From Gemmatimonadales bacterium (lineage in GTDB: Bacteria > Gemmatimonadota > Gemmatimonadetes > Gemmatimonadales > GWC2-71-9), in NCBI GenBank assembly GCA_046596135.1, contig JBKJMX010000083.1:66222-130221 (forward strand): DNA of 64,000 bases, written 5' to 3'. The notes below the pieces were generated by a model. That model saw only the letters and a list, made by a program, of their open reading frames with translations, was not told the DNA's origin and searched no databases. Shown in pieces: positions 37,200 to 47,002 of this stretch. Each line of letters begins with the position of its first letter. The stretch's first letter is position 1. Made by a program: the position numbers and the translations under genes.

Positions 37200-39479
37200 A
37201 TGAAACTCACCGCCCTCCTGCTCCTCGCTGCGCTGCCCCTCCCGCTCCTGGCGCAGGAGCCGGCTCCCCCGCGTCCGTCCGTCGTGATCCCGCGCATCGA
37301 GGCCGACGCCACGATCGATGGCGTGTTCGACGAGCCGGCATGGCAGCAAGCCACAGTGGTCCGCGATTTCCACCAGTACCGCCCGGTCGATGGCCGCGCT
37401 GCCGAAGACTCGACGGTCGTGATGATCTGGTACTCACCGACCGCGATCCACTTCGGGATCCGCGCCTACGACCGCGACCCCGCCGGCGTGCGCGCGACAC
37501 TCGCGGACCGCGACAACATCGGCAGCGACGACCAGGTCACGATCTACCTGGACACGTTCAACGATCGGCGTCGCGCCTACTTCTTTGGTGTCAACCCGCT
37601 CGGCGTGCAGGACGACGGCGTGCGCGCGGAAGGCGGGTTCGTCGCGTCGTTCCAGTCGGGCACTGTCGATCGCAATCCCGATTTCATCTACGAGACCAGC
37701 GGGCACCGCACACCGGAAGGGTGGGTGGTCGAAATGCGGGTGCCGTTCAAGTCGCTGCGCTACGACCCGGGAGAAGTGCAGACGTGGGGCTTCAATGTGG
37801 CGCGCATCACGCAGCGCACCCAGTACGAGGACACCTGGACCGACGTGCGGCGCGCGGGTGCGTCGTTTTTGGCACAGGCGGGGCTGATCACGGGGATCCA
37901 CGACATCCAGCGGGGCGTGGTGACCGAGCTGCAGCCGACGGTCACGGCCCAGTTGCCCGGCGTGCGCACCGGAACCCAGTTCGAACGGGGTGACGTCGCG
38001 CTTGATGTTGGCGGCAATGTCCGGTTTGGATTCACCAACCTCACGCTCGACGGCACGATCAATCCCGACTTCTCGCAGGTCGAGTCCGACGCCGGACTGG
38101 TCACGGTCAACGAGCGCTTCGCGCTCTTTTTCCCCGAGCGTCGACCGTTCTTTCTCGAGGGCATCGAGCTCTTCGCGTCGCCGAATAACCTGGTCTACAC
38201 CCGGACGATTGCGAATCCGCTGGTGGGTGCCAAGTTGACCGGCAAGTTCGGGAAGTGGTCGGTGGCCCACCTCAGTGCGATCGATGAGTTCGACGGGGAC
38301 GCCGCGAATGCCCTGGTGAACATCTCACGGGTCCGGCGCGATGTCGGCGCGAACTCGGTGGCGGGCCTCACCGTGACCGACCGCGAACGCGACGGCGGGT
38401 TCAATCGGGTGCTCTCCGCAGACACCCGGCTCGTGGTCGCCGAGCTTTACTACCTGCAGGCGCAGCTCGGCGCGAGCTGGACCCGCGACGGTGATCTGGG
38501 GGAGACCAAGAGTGACCCGATCTGGCAACTTGAGGCCGATCGGACGGGGCGGCTCTTTGGGTTCAACTACAAGCTGATCGGCATCGGGGAGGACTTCGCG
38601 GCCCAGAGCGGGTTCGTCAATCGCACCGGCATCGTCACCGCAAGCGGCTTCAACCGCCTCGCGTTCTACGGACGTCGGGGTGCGCTGGTCGAATCGGTCA
38701 CGCTGTTCGGCGGTGGCAACCGCATCTGGAACTACGACGACGTGTTCGCATCGCGTGCACTCGAGGGCGGCACCGAACTGAACACCTCGGTGCGGCTTCG
38801 CGGCGGCTGGAACGTGAGCACGCGTACCGACAACGCGTTCGTGCGCTTCAACGCGGCCGATTACGCTGGCTACATGGCGGTGGGGCCGGGGTTGCTCCTG
38901 CCGTTCGTACCGCCATCGGGAGTGTTCGACGCGTGGAGCGGACGGCTCACGGTGGGAACGCCGCAGTTCCGGCAGTGGGACGGGTCGATCACGCTGGCCG
39001 GTGGTGCCACACCCATCTTCCCGGAGGCATCCCGGGGCGCCCGTCGCCAAGTGCAGGCAGCGATCACGCTGCGACCCTCACCCTCGCTACGGGCCTTTGG
39101 CACCGTCACGTGGACCCGACTCACTCGGTCATCGGACGCCACCGAGTTTGCGAGGACGGTGATTCCTCGGCTCAAGGTGGAGTTCCAGCCGAAGCGTTCG
39201 CTCTTTTTCCGGGTGGTGGGTGAGTATCGCTCGGAGCGGCGTGACGCGCTTCGCGCGGCCGATGGACGGGCGCTGTTCATCGGTGGCAATCCCTCGCCCT
39301 CGAGTCTCACCAACCGACTCCGGATGGATTGGCTCGCCTCGTACGAGCCGACACCCGGAACTGTGGCCTTCTTTGGCTACGGCTCCACGCTCGACACCGA
39401 CCAGGAGCTCTCGCTCCGCGGGCTCGAGCGCCGCGACGATGGATTCTTCGTGAAGCTGGCGTACCTCTTCAGGCGCTAA
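37200..39479 (+). CDS. DUF5916 / CBM9-like domain outer-envelope protein
   Basis: ATG 37200 with GGAG upstream; signal MKLTALLLLAALPLPLLAQE; IEADATIDGVFDEPAWQQA (CBM9-like); long beta-rich C-terminus ending ..KLAYLFRR. Confidence 0.7.
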   Translation: MKLTALLLLAALPLPLLAQEPAPPRPSVVIPRIEADATIDGVFDEPAWQQATVVRDFHQYRPVDGRAAEDSTVVMIWYSPTAIHFGIRAYDRDPAGVRATLADRDNIGSDDQVTIYLDTFNDRRRAYFFGVNPLGVQDDGVRAEGGFVASFQSGTVDRNPDFIYETSGHRTPEGWVVEMRVPFKSLRYDPGEVQTWGFNVARITQRTQYEDTWTDVRRAGASFLAQAGLITGIHDIQRGVVTELQPTVTAQLPGVRTGTQFERGDVALDVGGNVRFGFTNLTLDGTINPDFSQVESDAGLVTVNERFALFFPERRPFFLEGIELFASPNNLVYTRTIANPLVGAKLTGKFGKWSVAHLSAIDEFDGDAANALVNISRVRRDVGANSVAGLTVTDRERDGGFNRVLSADTRLVVAELYYLQAQLGASWTRDGDLGETKSDPIWQLEADRTGRLFGFNYKLIGIGEDFAAQSGFVNRTGIVTASGFNRLAFYGRRGALVESVTLFGGGNRIWNYDDVFASRALEGGTELNTSVRLRGGWNVSTRTDNAFVRFNAADYAGYMAVGPGLLLPFVPPSGVFDAWSGRLTVGTPQFRQWDGSITLAGGATPIFPEASRGARRQVQAAITLRPSPSLRAFGTVTWTRLTRSSDATEFARTVIPRLKVEFQPKRSLFFRVVGEYRSERRDALRAADGRALFIGGNPSPSSLTNRLRMDWLASYEPTPGTVAFFGYGSTLDTDQELSLRGLERRDDGFFVKLAYLFRR

Positions 39480-39484
39480 GTTCG

Positions 39485-39622
39485 CTACTTCCGCTTGGCG
39501 CCTGGCTTCTGGGCCAGTGCACTGCCCGCCGCCGACTTGGAGGTCTTGGCCGTGTCGGAACTGCTGAGGGTCTTCGAGGCCTTCGTTGCTGCGGGCTTCG
39601 AGGTCTTCTTGGTGGGCGCCAT
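39485..39622 (-). CDS. Small Lys/Ala/Ser/Thr-rich basic protein (45 aa), hypothetical
   Basis: Below ORF-track cutoff. ATG 39620-39622 preceded by GGAGA with a 7-nt spacer; TAG 39485-39487. MAPTKKTSKPAATKASKTLSSSDTAKTSKSAAGSALAQKPGAKRK; about 40 of 45 third positions are G/C, and AAG is used for every Lys. Confidence 0.55.
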   Translation of the reverse strand: MAPTKKTSKPAATKASKTLSSSDTAKTSKSAAGSALAQKPGAKRK

Positions 39623-39797
39623 GTGGGTATCTCCGCGAATGAATGATTGGTTCGCCCCGCCAGCCGCGAGCTGGCGCTGGGCAACCCATCACAAGATTTG
39701 ACGAGTCGATGGCGTTTGAGTGCACGGGGTGGTGGGAAGTCGATGTTCGTAGGTCGTCGGCTGATGCTGTAAGCCATCGGCTTCTGGTCCTCGGTCA

Positions 39798-39831
<34 letters not shown>

Positions 39832-39842
39832 ACCTTTTCCCC

Positions 39843-40838
39843 ATGCCTCAAACTCAAATCATCGGCACCGGGCACGCCGTGCCCGATCGGGTCGTGACCA
39901 ACGACGAGCTTGCCCAGATCATGGACACCTCCGACGAATGGATCCGGCAAAGAACCGGGATTGCGCAGCGCCATTGGGTGGTCGAGGGTGAATCCGGTTC
40001 CCAGCTTTCGTTGTTGGCGGCACGACGCGCCATTGAGGCAGCGGCGATCGAACCGTCGGAGATCGATGCGATCGTGTATGCCACCTCGTCGCCCGACCAT
40101 TTTGCGCCGGGCAACGGTGTCTTCGTGCAGCGGGAGCTCGGTGCGGGGCCGATTCCGGCGATCGACCTGCGCACCCAGTGCAGCGGCTTCGTGTACGCAC
40201 TCTCGATGGCGGATGCATATATCCGTGCCGGGCTGTGGCGCACGGTGCTGGTGATTGGCGCCGAGGTGCAGAGCACCGGGATGGACGTGAGCTCGCGCGG
40301 CCGCAACACGGCGGTGATCTTTGCCGATGGAGCGGGTGCGGTGGTGGTCAGGGCGACTGACGACGCCGATGCGTCGGCGATCCTTGCCTGGGACCTTCAC
40401 TCCGACGGCGCGTTCGCCGAGATGCTGTGGGTCGATGCACCGGGGTCGATCTATCATCCGCGGAACCAGGCGGAGCACCACGACAACAAGTCGTTCCTGC
40501 AGATGGACGGCAAGGAAGTGTTCCGCCACGCCACGGCGAAGATGCCGGAGTCGGTGCGCGTCGTGCTTGAAGCAGCGGGGAAGGCGCCAGAGGATATCAC
40601 CCTGCTTATCCCGCACCAGGCAAACCTCCGGATCTCCGAACTGGTGCAGCGTTCGCTCGGCCTCCGCGACGATCAGGTCTACAACAACATCGAGCGGTTC
40701 GGGAACACCACGGCCGCCACGATCCCGATTGCGCTCGATGAGTGTGTCCGAGCCGGTCGCCTCAAGCGGGGCGACATCTTGGCCATCACCGCCTTCGGGA
40801 GCGGTTTTCTTTGGGGGAGTGCCCTGATTCGCTGGTAG
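39843..40838 (+). CDS. fabH: 3-oxoacyl-ACP synthase III
   Basis: Catalytic Cys context QCSGFVYAL, HQAN, GNTTAATIP; 331 aa. Confidence 0.9.
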   Translation: MPQTQIIGTGHAVPDRVVTNDELAQIMDTSDEWIRQRTGIAQRHWVVEGESGSQLSLLAARRAIEAAAIEPSEIDAIVYATSSPDHFAPGNGVFVQRELGAGPIPAIDLRTQCSGFVYALSMADAYIRAGLWRTVLVIGAEVQSTGMDVSSRGRNTAVIFADGAGAVVVRATDDADASAILAWDLHSDGAFAEMLWVDAPGSIYHPRNQAEHHDNKSFLQMDGKEVFRHATAKMPESVRVVLEAAGKAPEDITLLIPHQANLRISELVQRSLGLRDDQVYNNIERFGNTTAATIPIALDECVRAGRLKRGDILAITAFGSGFLWGSALIRW

Positions 40839-40903
40839 TCAGCGAACTGAAACCCTTCGGCGACTGTTTCGTAGTGAAACAATCACCTCCACTGGGAGTT
40901 CTC

Positions 40904-41185
40904 GTGTTCGAATCCATCTTTGGTCTGGTCCGCGTCCTCCTGATGATCGGCGTCGGGATCTTTGCGTTCGGTGTTGCCCGGGGATACGTCCGGAGTCGCC
41001 TCCGGTTCGTCGACGGGGTGCGCAGCCCGCTGGCTCCGTGGATCGTCGGGCTCGGGGCGTGGATCGTCGCTCTCCCGGTCGCGGCACTCCTCCCGCTCAT
41101 CACAGGTGCGACCGCGCTGGTGTTCGGCCTCGCGTCGGGGCTCGGTACGGCGAGCGGGGTGAAAGCGCTGCAGCGGGGGGAATAG
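40904..41185 (+). CDS. Small membrane protein, hypothetical
   Basis: GTG 40904 preceded by GGGAG with a 7-nt spacer; three hydrophobic helices; the track ORF start (40742) overlaps fabH and is unlikely. Confidence 0.5.
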   Translation: MFESIFGLVRVLLMIGVGIFAFGVARGYVRSRLRFVDGVRSPLAPWIVGLGAWIVALPVAALLPLITGATALVFGLASGLGTASGVKALQRGE

Positions 41186-41204
41186 TCAGGCGTTAGCTTC
41201 CGGC

Positions 41205-41456
41205 ATGGCTGTCATCACCTGCTCGCGCTGCGAGCTCGAGGGAGAACCCCAGGCATTCAAGCCACTCCCCACCGAGTTCGGCCAGCGCATTTACGAGACG
41301 ATCTGCAAGACGTGCTGGGCCGAATGGCTCAAGACCCAGCAGCAACTCATCAATCATTACGGGCTGGTGCCGCACCAGCCCAAGGCGAAAGAACTGCTGC
41401 TCCGGAACATGGAGCAGTTTCTGTTCGGCGAGGGCGCTGCCGACAGCATTCCCTGA
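41205..41456 (+). CDS. yggX: Fe(2+)-trafficking / oxidative damage protection protein YggX
   Basis: 83 aa; CSRC..; GQRIYETICKTCWAEWLKTQQQLINHYGL matches YggX. Confidence 0.85.
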   Translation: MAVITCSRCELEGEPQAFKPLPTEFGQRIYETICKTCWAEWLKTQQQLINHYGLVPHQPKAKELLLRNMEQFLFGEGAADSIP

Positions 41457-41482
41457 CGGGGTGCCCGCGCCCCCGCTTTTGC
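41457..41482 (+). terminator. Possible intrinsic terminator
   Basis: CGGGG (41457-41461) / CCCCG (41471-41475) followed by CTTTTGCT; the stem is short. Confidence 0.4.
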
Positions 41483-41525
41483 TCGTCCCCACCTGTACCT
41501 GACACTCTTCAGCGGGGGTTGTTGC

Positions 41526-42083
41526 ATGGCTCGGGTCTATGATCCCACCGATGACGGCACGCCGACGAACGTACGCGAAGGCGTTTCCGCCGGACTGATT
41601 GGCGCAGCAGTCGTCGCCCTCTTCTACCTCGTCTTTGACATCGCGATTCGTGGCCAGCCCCTCATCACGCCGACCGTGCTGGGCGAGGTGCTGGTGATGC
41701 AACATCCCGACCCCGACATGACGGCCATGAACATGACGTCGGTGGCGGCGTACACGGTCGTGCACGTGATCGCCTTCGCGCTCTTCGGGATCGTGCTTGC
41801 GATGCTGGTGGTGCGATCGGAGCGCAGCGCCCTGGCGCGCTACGCGTCGCTGCAACTGCTGATCGTGTTCCTGCTCTTCTTCTACGGGCTGCTTTACGTT
41901 GCGTCCGCCACCACAGCGGGAGTGTTTCCGTTCTGGAGCGTGCTGGCGGCGAACGCGCTGGCTGCGCTGGCAATGGGTCGCTGGCTCTGGATGCGGCATC
42001 CTGCAGCGCGCGCAGCGTGGGGGCGCGAACCTCTTGGCGCCGCGCAGGACAAGAACGTTGTCACCAACGAGCACCAATCTTGA
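41526..42083 (+). CDS. Membrane protein, hypothetical
   Basis: 185 aa; four hydrophobic helices; no motif recognised. Confidence 0.6.
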   Translation: MARVYDPTDDGTPTNVREGVSAGLIGAAVVALFYLVFDIAIRGQPLITPTVLGEVLVMQHPDPDMTAMNMTSVAAYTVVHVIAFALFGIVLAMLVVRSERSALARYASLQLLIVFLLFFYGLLYVASATTAGVFPFWSVLAANALAALAMGRWLWMRHPAARAAWGREPLGAAQDKNVVTNEHQS

Positions 42084-43014
42084 ATCCGATGTCGACGGCG
42101 GGCCCCCGTGGCAGGAGGTCCTCCGTCAAGCCAAGCTGGAGTTCGGGAAACCCGCCCCCCACCTGAAGCAGCGCGCCGAAGTCGAGCGTGACCTCGGCGC
42201 GATCCATCGTATCGAAACCAGTGTCGCGCCAGTTCGGAGTCTGGCCCCAGAGCGTCGCGAACACTGCCTGTCGTCCGGCGAAGCGCCAACGTCCCGCAAC
42301 CATCCCGCCACCGAATACGCTCTGCTGATACCGCGCCAGGTCGCCGTGGGTGGGTGTATAGCCCAACGATGCTCCGAGATCGAGGGCCACTCGTGTTGAC
42401 CGCACGGCGCGCGCGGAGATGGCGAGCGACGTCCCGACCGTCTTGCGGCTCCATCCATCGCTGCCGGTGGTGGCCGTCGGCAGCGTCACGGTCGCGATTG
42501 CCTGGACACGATCACCCAGCCGTACGCCCGCACCCAGCCGGGCATCACCGACGAATGCCGAGCGATCACGCACGACGGTCTCACCGCCCAGCTCGAACTC
42601 CCACGTGAACCGGTTCTCGGTTCGCCGATTGCGCGCCGGGACTCGCAGCCCGATGACGTCGTGGTACCAGTTGAGAAATCCATCGAGGTAGCCCGCGTGC
42701 CCGCTCCGCAGCGCCACGTTGCCGAGCACGAAAACCTTGGGCGAGACATCACGCGTCAGCCAGAGATCAACCTGCAGCAGCTCTGCGTCGAGTACGTAGT
42801 CGCGCCCGTCGCCTGACTTCGTTGTCTCGACGGCGTTGGCATAGTCGGCGACAGTGCGAAATTTCCAGCCCTCCGCCGTCCCAACGTGAGGTTGCGCGTA
42901 GAGCGCGCTCCGCGACTGGAGCACCGGGTTGACGGGAACGTAGGCGGGGATGTCCTGGGCGATCAGCGGCGAGACGAACACGCTGCAGCCCGCGAGAAAC
43001 AGGAAGATGCGCAT
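42061..43014 (-). CDS. Putative outer-membrane beta-barrel protein
   Basis: Start ATG 43014 (signal MRIFLFLAGCSVFVSPLIAQ); alternating beta pattern; C-terminal ..DIGFKIGARW with a terminal aromatic residue. Confidence 0.6.
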   Translation of the reverse strand: MRIFLFLAGCSVFVSPLIAQDIPAYVPVNPVLQSRSALYAQPHVGTAEGWKFRTVADYANAVETTKSGDGRDYVLDAELLQVDLWLTRDVSPKVFVLGNVALRSGHAGYLDGFLNWYHDVIGLRVPARNRRTENRFTWEFELGGETVVRDRSAFVGDARLGAGVRLGDRVQAIATVTLPTATTGSDGWSRKTVGTSLAISARAVRSTRVALDLGASLGYTPTHGDLARYQQSVFGGGMVAGRWRFAGRQAVFATLWGQTPNWRDTGFDTMDRAEVTLDFGALLQVGGGFPELQLGLTEDLLPRGPAVDIGFKIGARW

Positions 43015-43060
43015 GCCCAAGGATACATGCCTGCCAATCGCGACGCGGATAGATTCCCGC

Positions 43061-43654
43061 ATGCCCCGACCAATGCTGGTGCGGTTCGTCGTCATCGCTG
43101 TCGCGGCCACGATCGTGGCGCACCTGCTTGATCCCTGGGCGTGGCAGCAGCTTCGGAACCCCGATGTATACGAGCGCGACTGGGGGCGAGCGCTGCGGGT
43201 CATGGGCTACCTCCCGATCTGGTTGATGCTGGCCGCTGCACTCTGGCTCCACACCGGCAACCGCCGGCGCGCAGCGGGGCTCGCGTTTGTCCCGGCGCTG
43301 GGCGGGATTGTTGCCGAGGTGATCAAGCTGGTGGTTCGCCGGGAGCGTCCGAACCTGCACGATGGCGAGTACGTCTTTCGGCCGTTCGCGGATCACCTGA
43401 TGTCGAGCAAGGCGATGGGCGTGCCGAGCAGTCATGCCGTCGTGGCTTTTGCTGCGGCGTGGGTGCTGTGCCGGTACTACCCACGCGCCTCAGTGATCTG
43501 GATAGCGCTCGCCGCCGGATGCGCGCTCACCCGGGTGCTCGCTGGCGCACACTTTCTGAGCGATGTCGTGATCGCGGCTGCCGTGGCATGGCTCCTGGTC
43601 GCTGCGGTGTGGCACCGGACACCGCTCAGCGCGGACGCTGTAACGACGGCGTAG
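43061..43654 (+). CDS. PAP2 family phosphatase
   Basis: KLVVRRERP, PSSHA, SRVLAGAHFLSD: the three PAP2 motifs. Confidence 0.8.
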   Translation: MPRPMLVRFVVIAVAATIVAHLLDPWAWQQLRNPDVYERDWGRALRVMGYLPIWLMLAAALWLHTGNRRRAAGLAFVPALGGIVAEVIKLVVRRERPNLHDGEYVFRPFADHLMSSKAMGVPSSHAVVAFAAAWVLCRYYPRASVIWIALAAGCALTRVLAGAHFLSDVVIAAAVAWLLVAAVWHRTPLSADAVTTA

Positions 43655-44555
43655 CCCGGGGCGGCACCGTCGCCGGAAGTTCCAGCAACGTGTCGCGCAC
43701 CATGACCGAATCGGGTTGCACCACGGCGTCACGGTAGCGGGCGCGGCCGAGCACAAACTCGATCACATCGCGCCAGGTGTCGTCGGCGGGGTGTTGGGGG
43801 GCACTGGCGAATCCCCCGCCCGGCAGCACCCCGACGCGTGCCTGGCCCGTTCCCGCAGCCAGCCTCTCGACATCCTTCGCGTCGAAACGGTTGTCATCCT
43901 GCGCGCGCAACACCATGACCGGCGCGGCCCAGGCTGCGAGCCGGAGGTCGGCCCGGTCGGGAGAGAGGCCGATTGTTTCGCGTAGCCGGGCGATCCACCG
44001 CCCGATGCCGGTGAGGCGTGGCCGGCCGGGTGCGATGGCGGTGATCCGCCGACTCCGCAGGGCGTGTCCCAGAGGTGCGGCCACCAGGAGCGAGTCCAGG
44101 GCGGTGTCGAACGTCAACGCCGCTAGCGGCCGGCCACGCTGGCCCCAGTAGTCGAGCAGGCTGTCGGCAGCTGCCCGGAGCGGTTCCTCCCACGCGCTGC
44201 CAGCCGGCACGACCACCACCGATCCCGCGCCGTTGCGCTCCAACAGTGCCTGCACCGCTGCCCAATCCGCGGCTCGGGTGCCCGGCGAACCGATCAGCAG
44301 CACCAGTGGCCCGGACGAATCGCGGGTGTCGACGTAACTCGATGATCCCGTGGGACTGAGTTCACCGACGACCCCGAACAGCCCCGGTGTCACTGCAGCA
44401 ACGCTCGTCTGCTCGACCGGTGACCGCATCCGTGTATGTAGTAGTTGTACATACAACAGCCATACAAGCGCGGCCGTGGTCAACGCTGCCACCGTGAGTC
44501 GGGCAAACCGAGCGGTCCCCTGAACGGGGCGGCGGTGGGTGGGCCAGCGTGTCAT
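43626..44555 (-). CDS. Membrane-anchored alpha/beta-fold-like hypothetical protein
   Basis: ATG 44555; TM anchor LTVAALTTAALVWLLYV; no clear GxSxG nucleophile elbow. Confidence 0.5.
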   Translation of the reverse strand: MTRWPTHRRPVQGTARFARLTVAALTTAALVWLLYVQLLHTRMRSPVEQTSVAAVTPGLFGVVGELSPTGSSSYVDTRDSSGPLVLLIGSPGTRAADWAAVQALLERNGAGSVVVVPAGSAWEEPLRAAADSLLDYWGQRGRPLAALTFDTALDSLLVAAPLGHALRSRRITAIAPGRPRLTGIGRWIARLRETIGLSPDRADLRLAAWAAPVMVLRAQDDNRFDAKDVERLAAGTGQARVGVLPGGGFASAPQHPADDTWRDVIEFVLGRARYRDAVVQPDSVMVRDTLLELPATVPPRATPSLQRPR

Positions 44556-44556
44556 G

Positions 44557-44952
44557 TCAGGTCGGATCGTTTTCGATGCCGTGGGCCGGGCGATCAGGCA
44601 ACGCTTGCGGGTGCATCGCAAGGTCAATGGCGACGAAAAGGACTCGGGAAAGCGGGAAGAACACCAGCGGGGCGATCACCATCAGAATCGGGGCGCCATA
44701 CTGCAGGAGATTCCATGGAGGGTCGGGCCAGGTTCGCGCCACGATGATTGCCAGCGCGGTAACGAGTGTGAGCTCGGAGAGGACGAGATTGAGCAGGTTG
44801 GCGCCGACGCTGTTTCCGGTGGCCAGCGAGATCCCGCAATGCGCGCAACGATCGCGCATGGCGAACCAGTGGCGGAACACTCCACGCTCACCGCAATTCG
44901 GGCAGCGTAACCGTAGCGCCCGGGAAAAGATCGTCCTGCGCCTGCTGCTCAA
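44557..44952 (-). CDS. DUF983 family membrane protein
   Basis: Zinc-ribbon-like CPNCGERGVF..RDRCAHCG followed by 2 TM; TTG start in a TTGA overlap with the TetR stop. Confidence 0.7.
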   Translation of the reverse strand: MSSRRRTIFSRALRLRCPNCGERGVFRHWFAMRDRCAHCGISLATGNSVGANLLNLVLSELTLVTALAIIVARTWPDPPWNLLQYGAPILMVIAPLVFFPLSRVLFVAIDLAMHPQALPDRPAHGIENDPT

Positions 44953-45707
44953 TCGCGACCCCGGCCGGGCGGGCGAAGGGTGCGTATCCGAACCTTGCCG
45001 GCCGGTACCGACGGCTCGAGTGGCTCCGGGTCGGGATTGGGGGCGGTCTGCGGCTTGGCCGGTTCGACCCAGCCCGACTCGAATACCTGCTCGGAGCCGA
45101 TCCGGGGCAGCCCCCTGACCGCCAGTTCGATCGCGATGTCGTGCGGCGCCTCATTGGGGAGCGGCGGGAGGTACCGAAAAAACGTGGCCTCCCACATCGC
45201 GTTCCCGACAACGTTGGCGGCAAGGCCCTGCGCCGTCGCTTCGATAGGTAGTAGTGGAAACTCCTCCCTCGCCATTCCATGTCTGAGCGCACGCTCAATC
45301 GCCTTGCAACCGACCGATAGTAGTTGTGATGTATACTTCTGCACGGCGGTGGGGAAAGTGGCGCTTTCGCGGATGACCAGCACCAGCGCTGTCCGGGGAC
45401 CTGGAAGTCGGAGCTGTTCGGACCACCTTTGCAGCAGCAGGCTCAGGACCTCCCGGGCGGTCAGGGCCCCGTAGGCGTCTGAGATCTCCTTGCCGCGGCT
45501 CCAGTCGATGTCGACGTAACGCTCGATCGACTGGTCGAAGAGCGACTCCTTCGATGGGAAGTAGCGATACACCGTGCCGACGGTAACCCCGGCGGCGGCC
45601 GCGATATCCTCGACCTTCGCTTGCGCAAAGCCGACGGCGAGGAATCGCTCCATCGCCGCGTCGAGCAATTCGACAGGTCTGGCCTTGGCACGGCGGTTGA
45701 ATTTCAT
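44949..45707 (-). CDS. TetR family transcriptional regulator
   Basis: N-terminal HTH ..FAQAKVEDIAAAAGVTVGTVYRYFPSKESLF. Confidence 0.85.
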   Translation of the reverse strand: MKFNRRAKARPVELLDAAMERFLAVGFAQAKVEDIAAAAGVTVGTVYRYFPSKESLFDQSIERYVDIDWSRGKEISDAYGALTAREVLSLLLQRWSEQLRLPGPRTALVLVIRESATFPTAVQKYTSQLLSVGCKAIERALRHGMAREEFPLLPIEATAQGLAANVVGNAMWEATFFRYLPPLPNEAPHDIAIELAVRGLPRIGSEQVFESGWVEPAKPQTAPNPDPEPLEPSVPAGKVRIRTLRPPGRGRD

Positions 45708-45734
45708 GGTTACAAGTTAGCGACGCCCGATGGT

Positions 45735-45776
45735 CGAAAACCAAGAAGGACTCCCTCGCGGAAGCCCTTCCTGGTT
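45735..45776 (-). terminator. Putative intrinsic terminator after the PDZ gene
   Basis: Minus strand AACCAGGAAGG..CCTTCTTGGTT (11 bp with one G-U pair) followed by TTCGACC; lies only about 28 nt upstream of the TetR start. Confidence 0.5.
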
Positions 45777-45799
45777 ACCACCCTGGGAGAGGCAAGTCT

Positions 45800-47002
45800 T
45801 CAGGGCAGCTTTATCGAAACAGACTCGGCGCGCTTCTGCCGCATGATCTGGAGCTTTGGCGCCTCATCCTTCTCATACGTACGCAGGATCCGCATCAGTT
45901 GTGACGGCGAACTCACCTTGCGGCCGTCGATCGCCGTTATCACGTCGCCCGCCATCAGACCGTAGTTATCAGAATCGGGAACGTTGATCACCAGCACGCC
46001 CTCCGTGGCGCCGAAGTATGACCCGAGCCCGGCGTTGAGCGAGGTCAGCTCGGCACGGCCCAAGGGGCCGCCCGACGTGAAGGCGAATGCATAGGAACCT
46101 GGTGACGCGGTGGAGACAAGGTACGGGATCTCCTCACCGGCGCGTGTGGATGGTGCCACCCGAAGCATCCCGCGAACCGAGTCCAGCCGCATCGCGAGTG
46201 GTGCGCGGATCGAGTCCATGCGCGTTCCGGACATGTCGAACCGGGTGACGAACTCCCCATCGCCGCCCCGCCGCCACAGCGTCCCGCTGGTCGAGGCGAT
46301 CACATCGGCATTGAAGTCCGAATCGTCGGGCGTGACCTTGGTCGCGAGGTTCCGGGTCCCGCGGCGGTACTCGACGCTCACCGCCTTGCCAGGCTCAAGC
46401 TTGCCGGCCACCTCGATCAGGCGCAGTCCTGGCGCTGACTCGCCAACCGGCCGAGCAGTGCCCTTGTCGGTCTCGGTGAGCGAGTACTTGCCGATTTTCT
46501 TGATGATGTCGCCGGCGCGGATCCCTGCCTTCTCGGCTGGGCCTCCGGGTGTGACGCCATTCACGTACGCGCCAATGTTATCCGTCGCGCGTGCCTCGAG
46601 CGCCACGGTGATCCCGAGCCGGGGCCGCATCATCGCGACAGACATGAGGTCCGCCATGCGTGCCGAATTGCGCTGCAGAACGATCGCATGTTCCTGGAGG
46701 CGTGCCGCGTCGGCGTGCAGGCGGATCTCGGCGGCCTCAAGTGTCGGGCGCATCGCCCGCAGTCGAACCTCGGCGGCTTCAAGGGTCGGACGCATCTCGC
46801 GCAACCTCACCTCAACGTCGCGTTCCGCGGCACGCATCCGTGCCTGATCGGCGCGCAGCTGCGCATCTGCGGCGACGCGCGCTTTTGTCGTCGCGGTGTC
46901 CCGACCCTGGGCAGGCAAGGCGACGGCGGATGTCATGGCCAGTACTGCGAGCATGGTGGTGCGCATCGAAGGAACCCCTCGTTTCATGTGGCGGACCGTC
47001 AC
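45800..47002 (-). CDS. Periplasmic tandem-PDZ protein with N-terminal repeat/coiled coil
   Basis: GTGA overlap with the anti-sigma stop; signal ..MLAVLAMTSAVALPAQ; two PDZ-like segments (GAYVNGVTPGGPAEKAGIRAGDIIKKIG; GVLVINVPDSDNYGLMAGDVITAIDG); no protease domain seen. Confidence 0.75.
   Translation of the reverse strand: MTVRHMKRGVPSMRTTMLAVLAMTSAVALPAQGRDTATTKARVAADAQLRADQARMRAAERDVEVRLREMRPTLEAAEVRLRAMRPTLEAAEIRLHADAARLQEHAIVLQRNSARMADLMSVAMMRPRLGITVALEARATDNIGAYVNGVTPGGPAEKAGIRAGDIIKKIGKYSLTETDKGTARPVGESAPGLRLIEVAGKLEPGKAVSVEYRRGTRNLATKVTPDDSDFNADVIASTSGTLWRRGGDGEFVTRFDMSGTRMDSIRAPLAMRLDSVRGMLRVAPSTRAGEEIPYLVSTASPGSYAFAFTSGGPLGRAELTSLNAGLGSYFGATEGVLVINVPDSDNYGLMAGDVITAIDGRKVSSPSQLMRILRTYEKDEAPKLQIMRQKRAESVSIKLP
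46724..46813. repeat. Intragenic 45-nt (15-aa) tandem repeat
   Basis: Encodes EVRLREMRPTLEAAEVRLRAMRPTLEAAEIRL; the two DNA units are about 80 percent identical by eye. Confidence 0.7.

Noticed and set aside
42061-43654. Convergent gene pairs overlapping at their 3' ends (42061-42083 and 43626-43654; also 18839-18842, 49410-49413 and 62621-62624) as possible antisense regulation
   Set aside because: Short 3' overlaps are common in compact high-GC genomes, and nothing in the sequence shows a specific structure. This is noted only as genome style.
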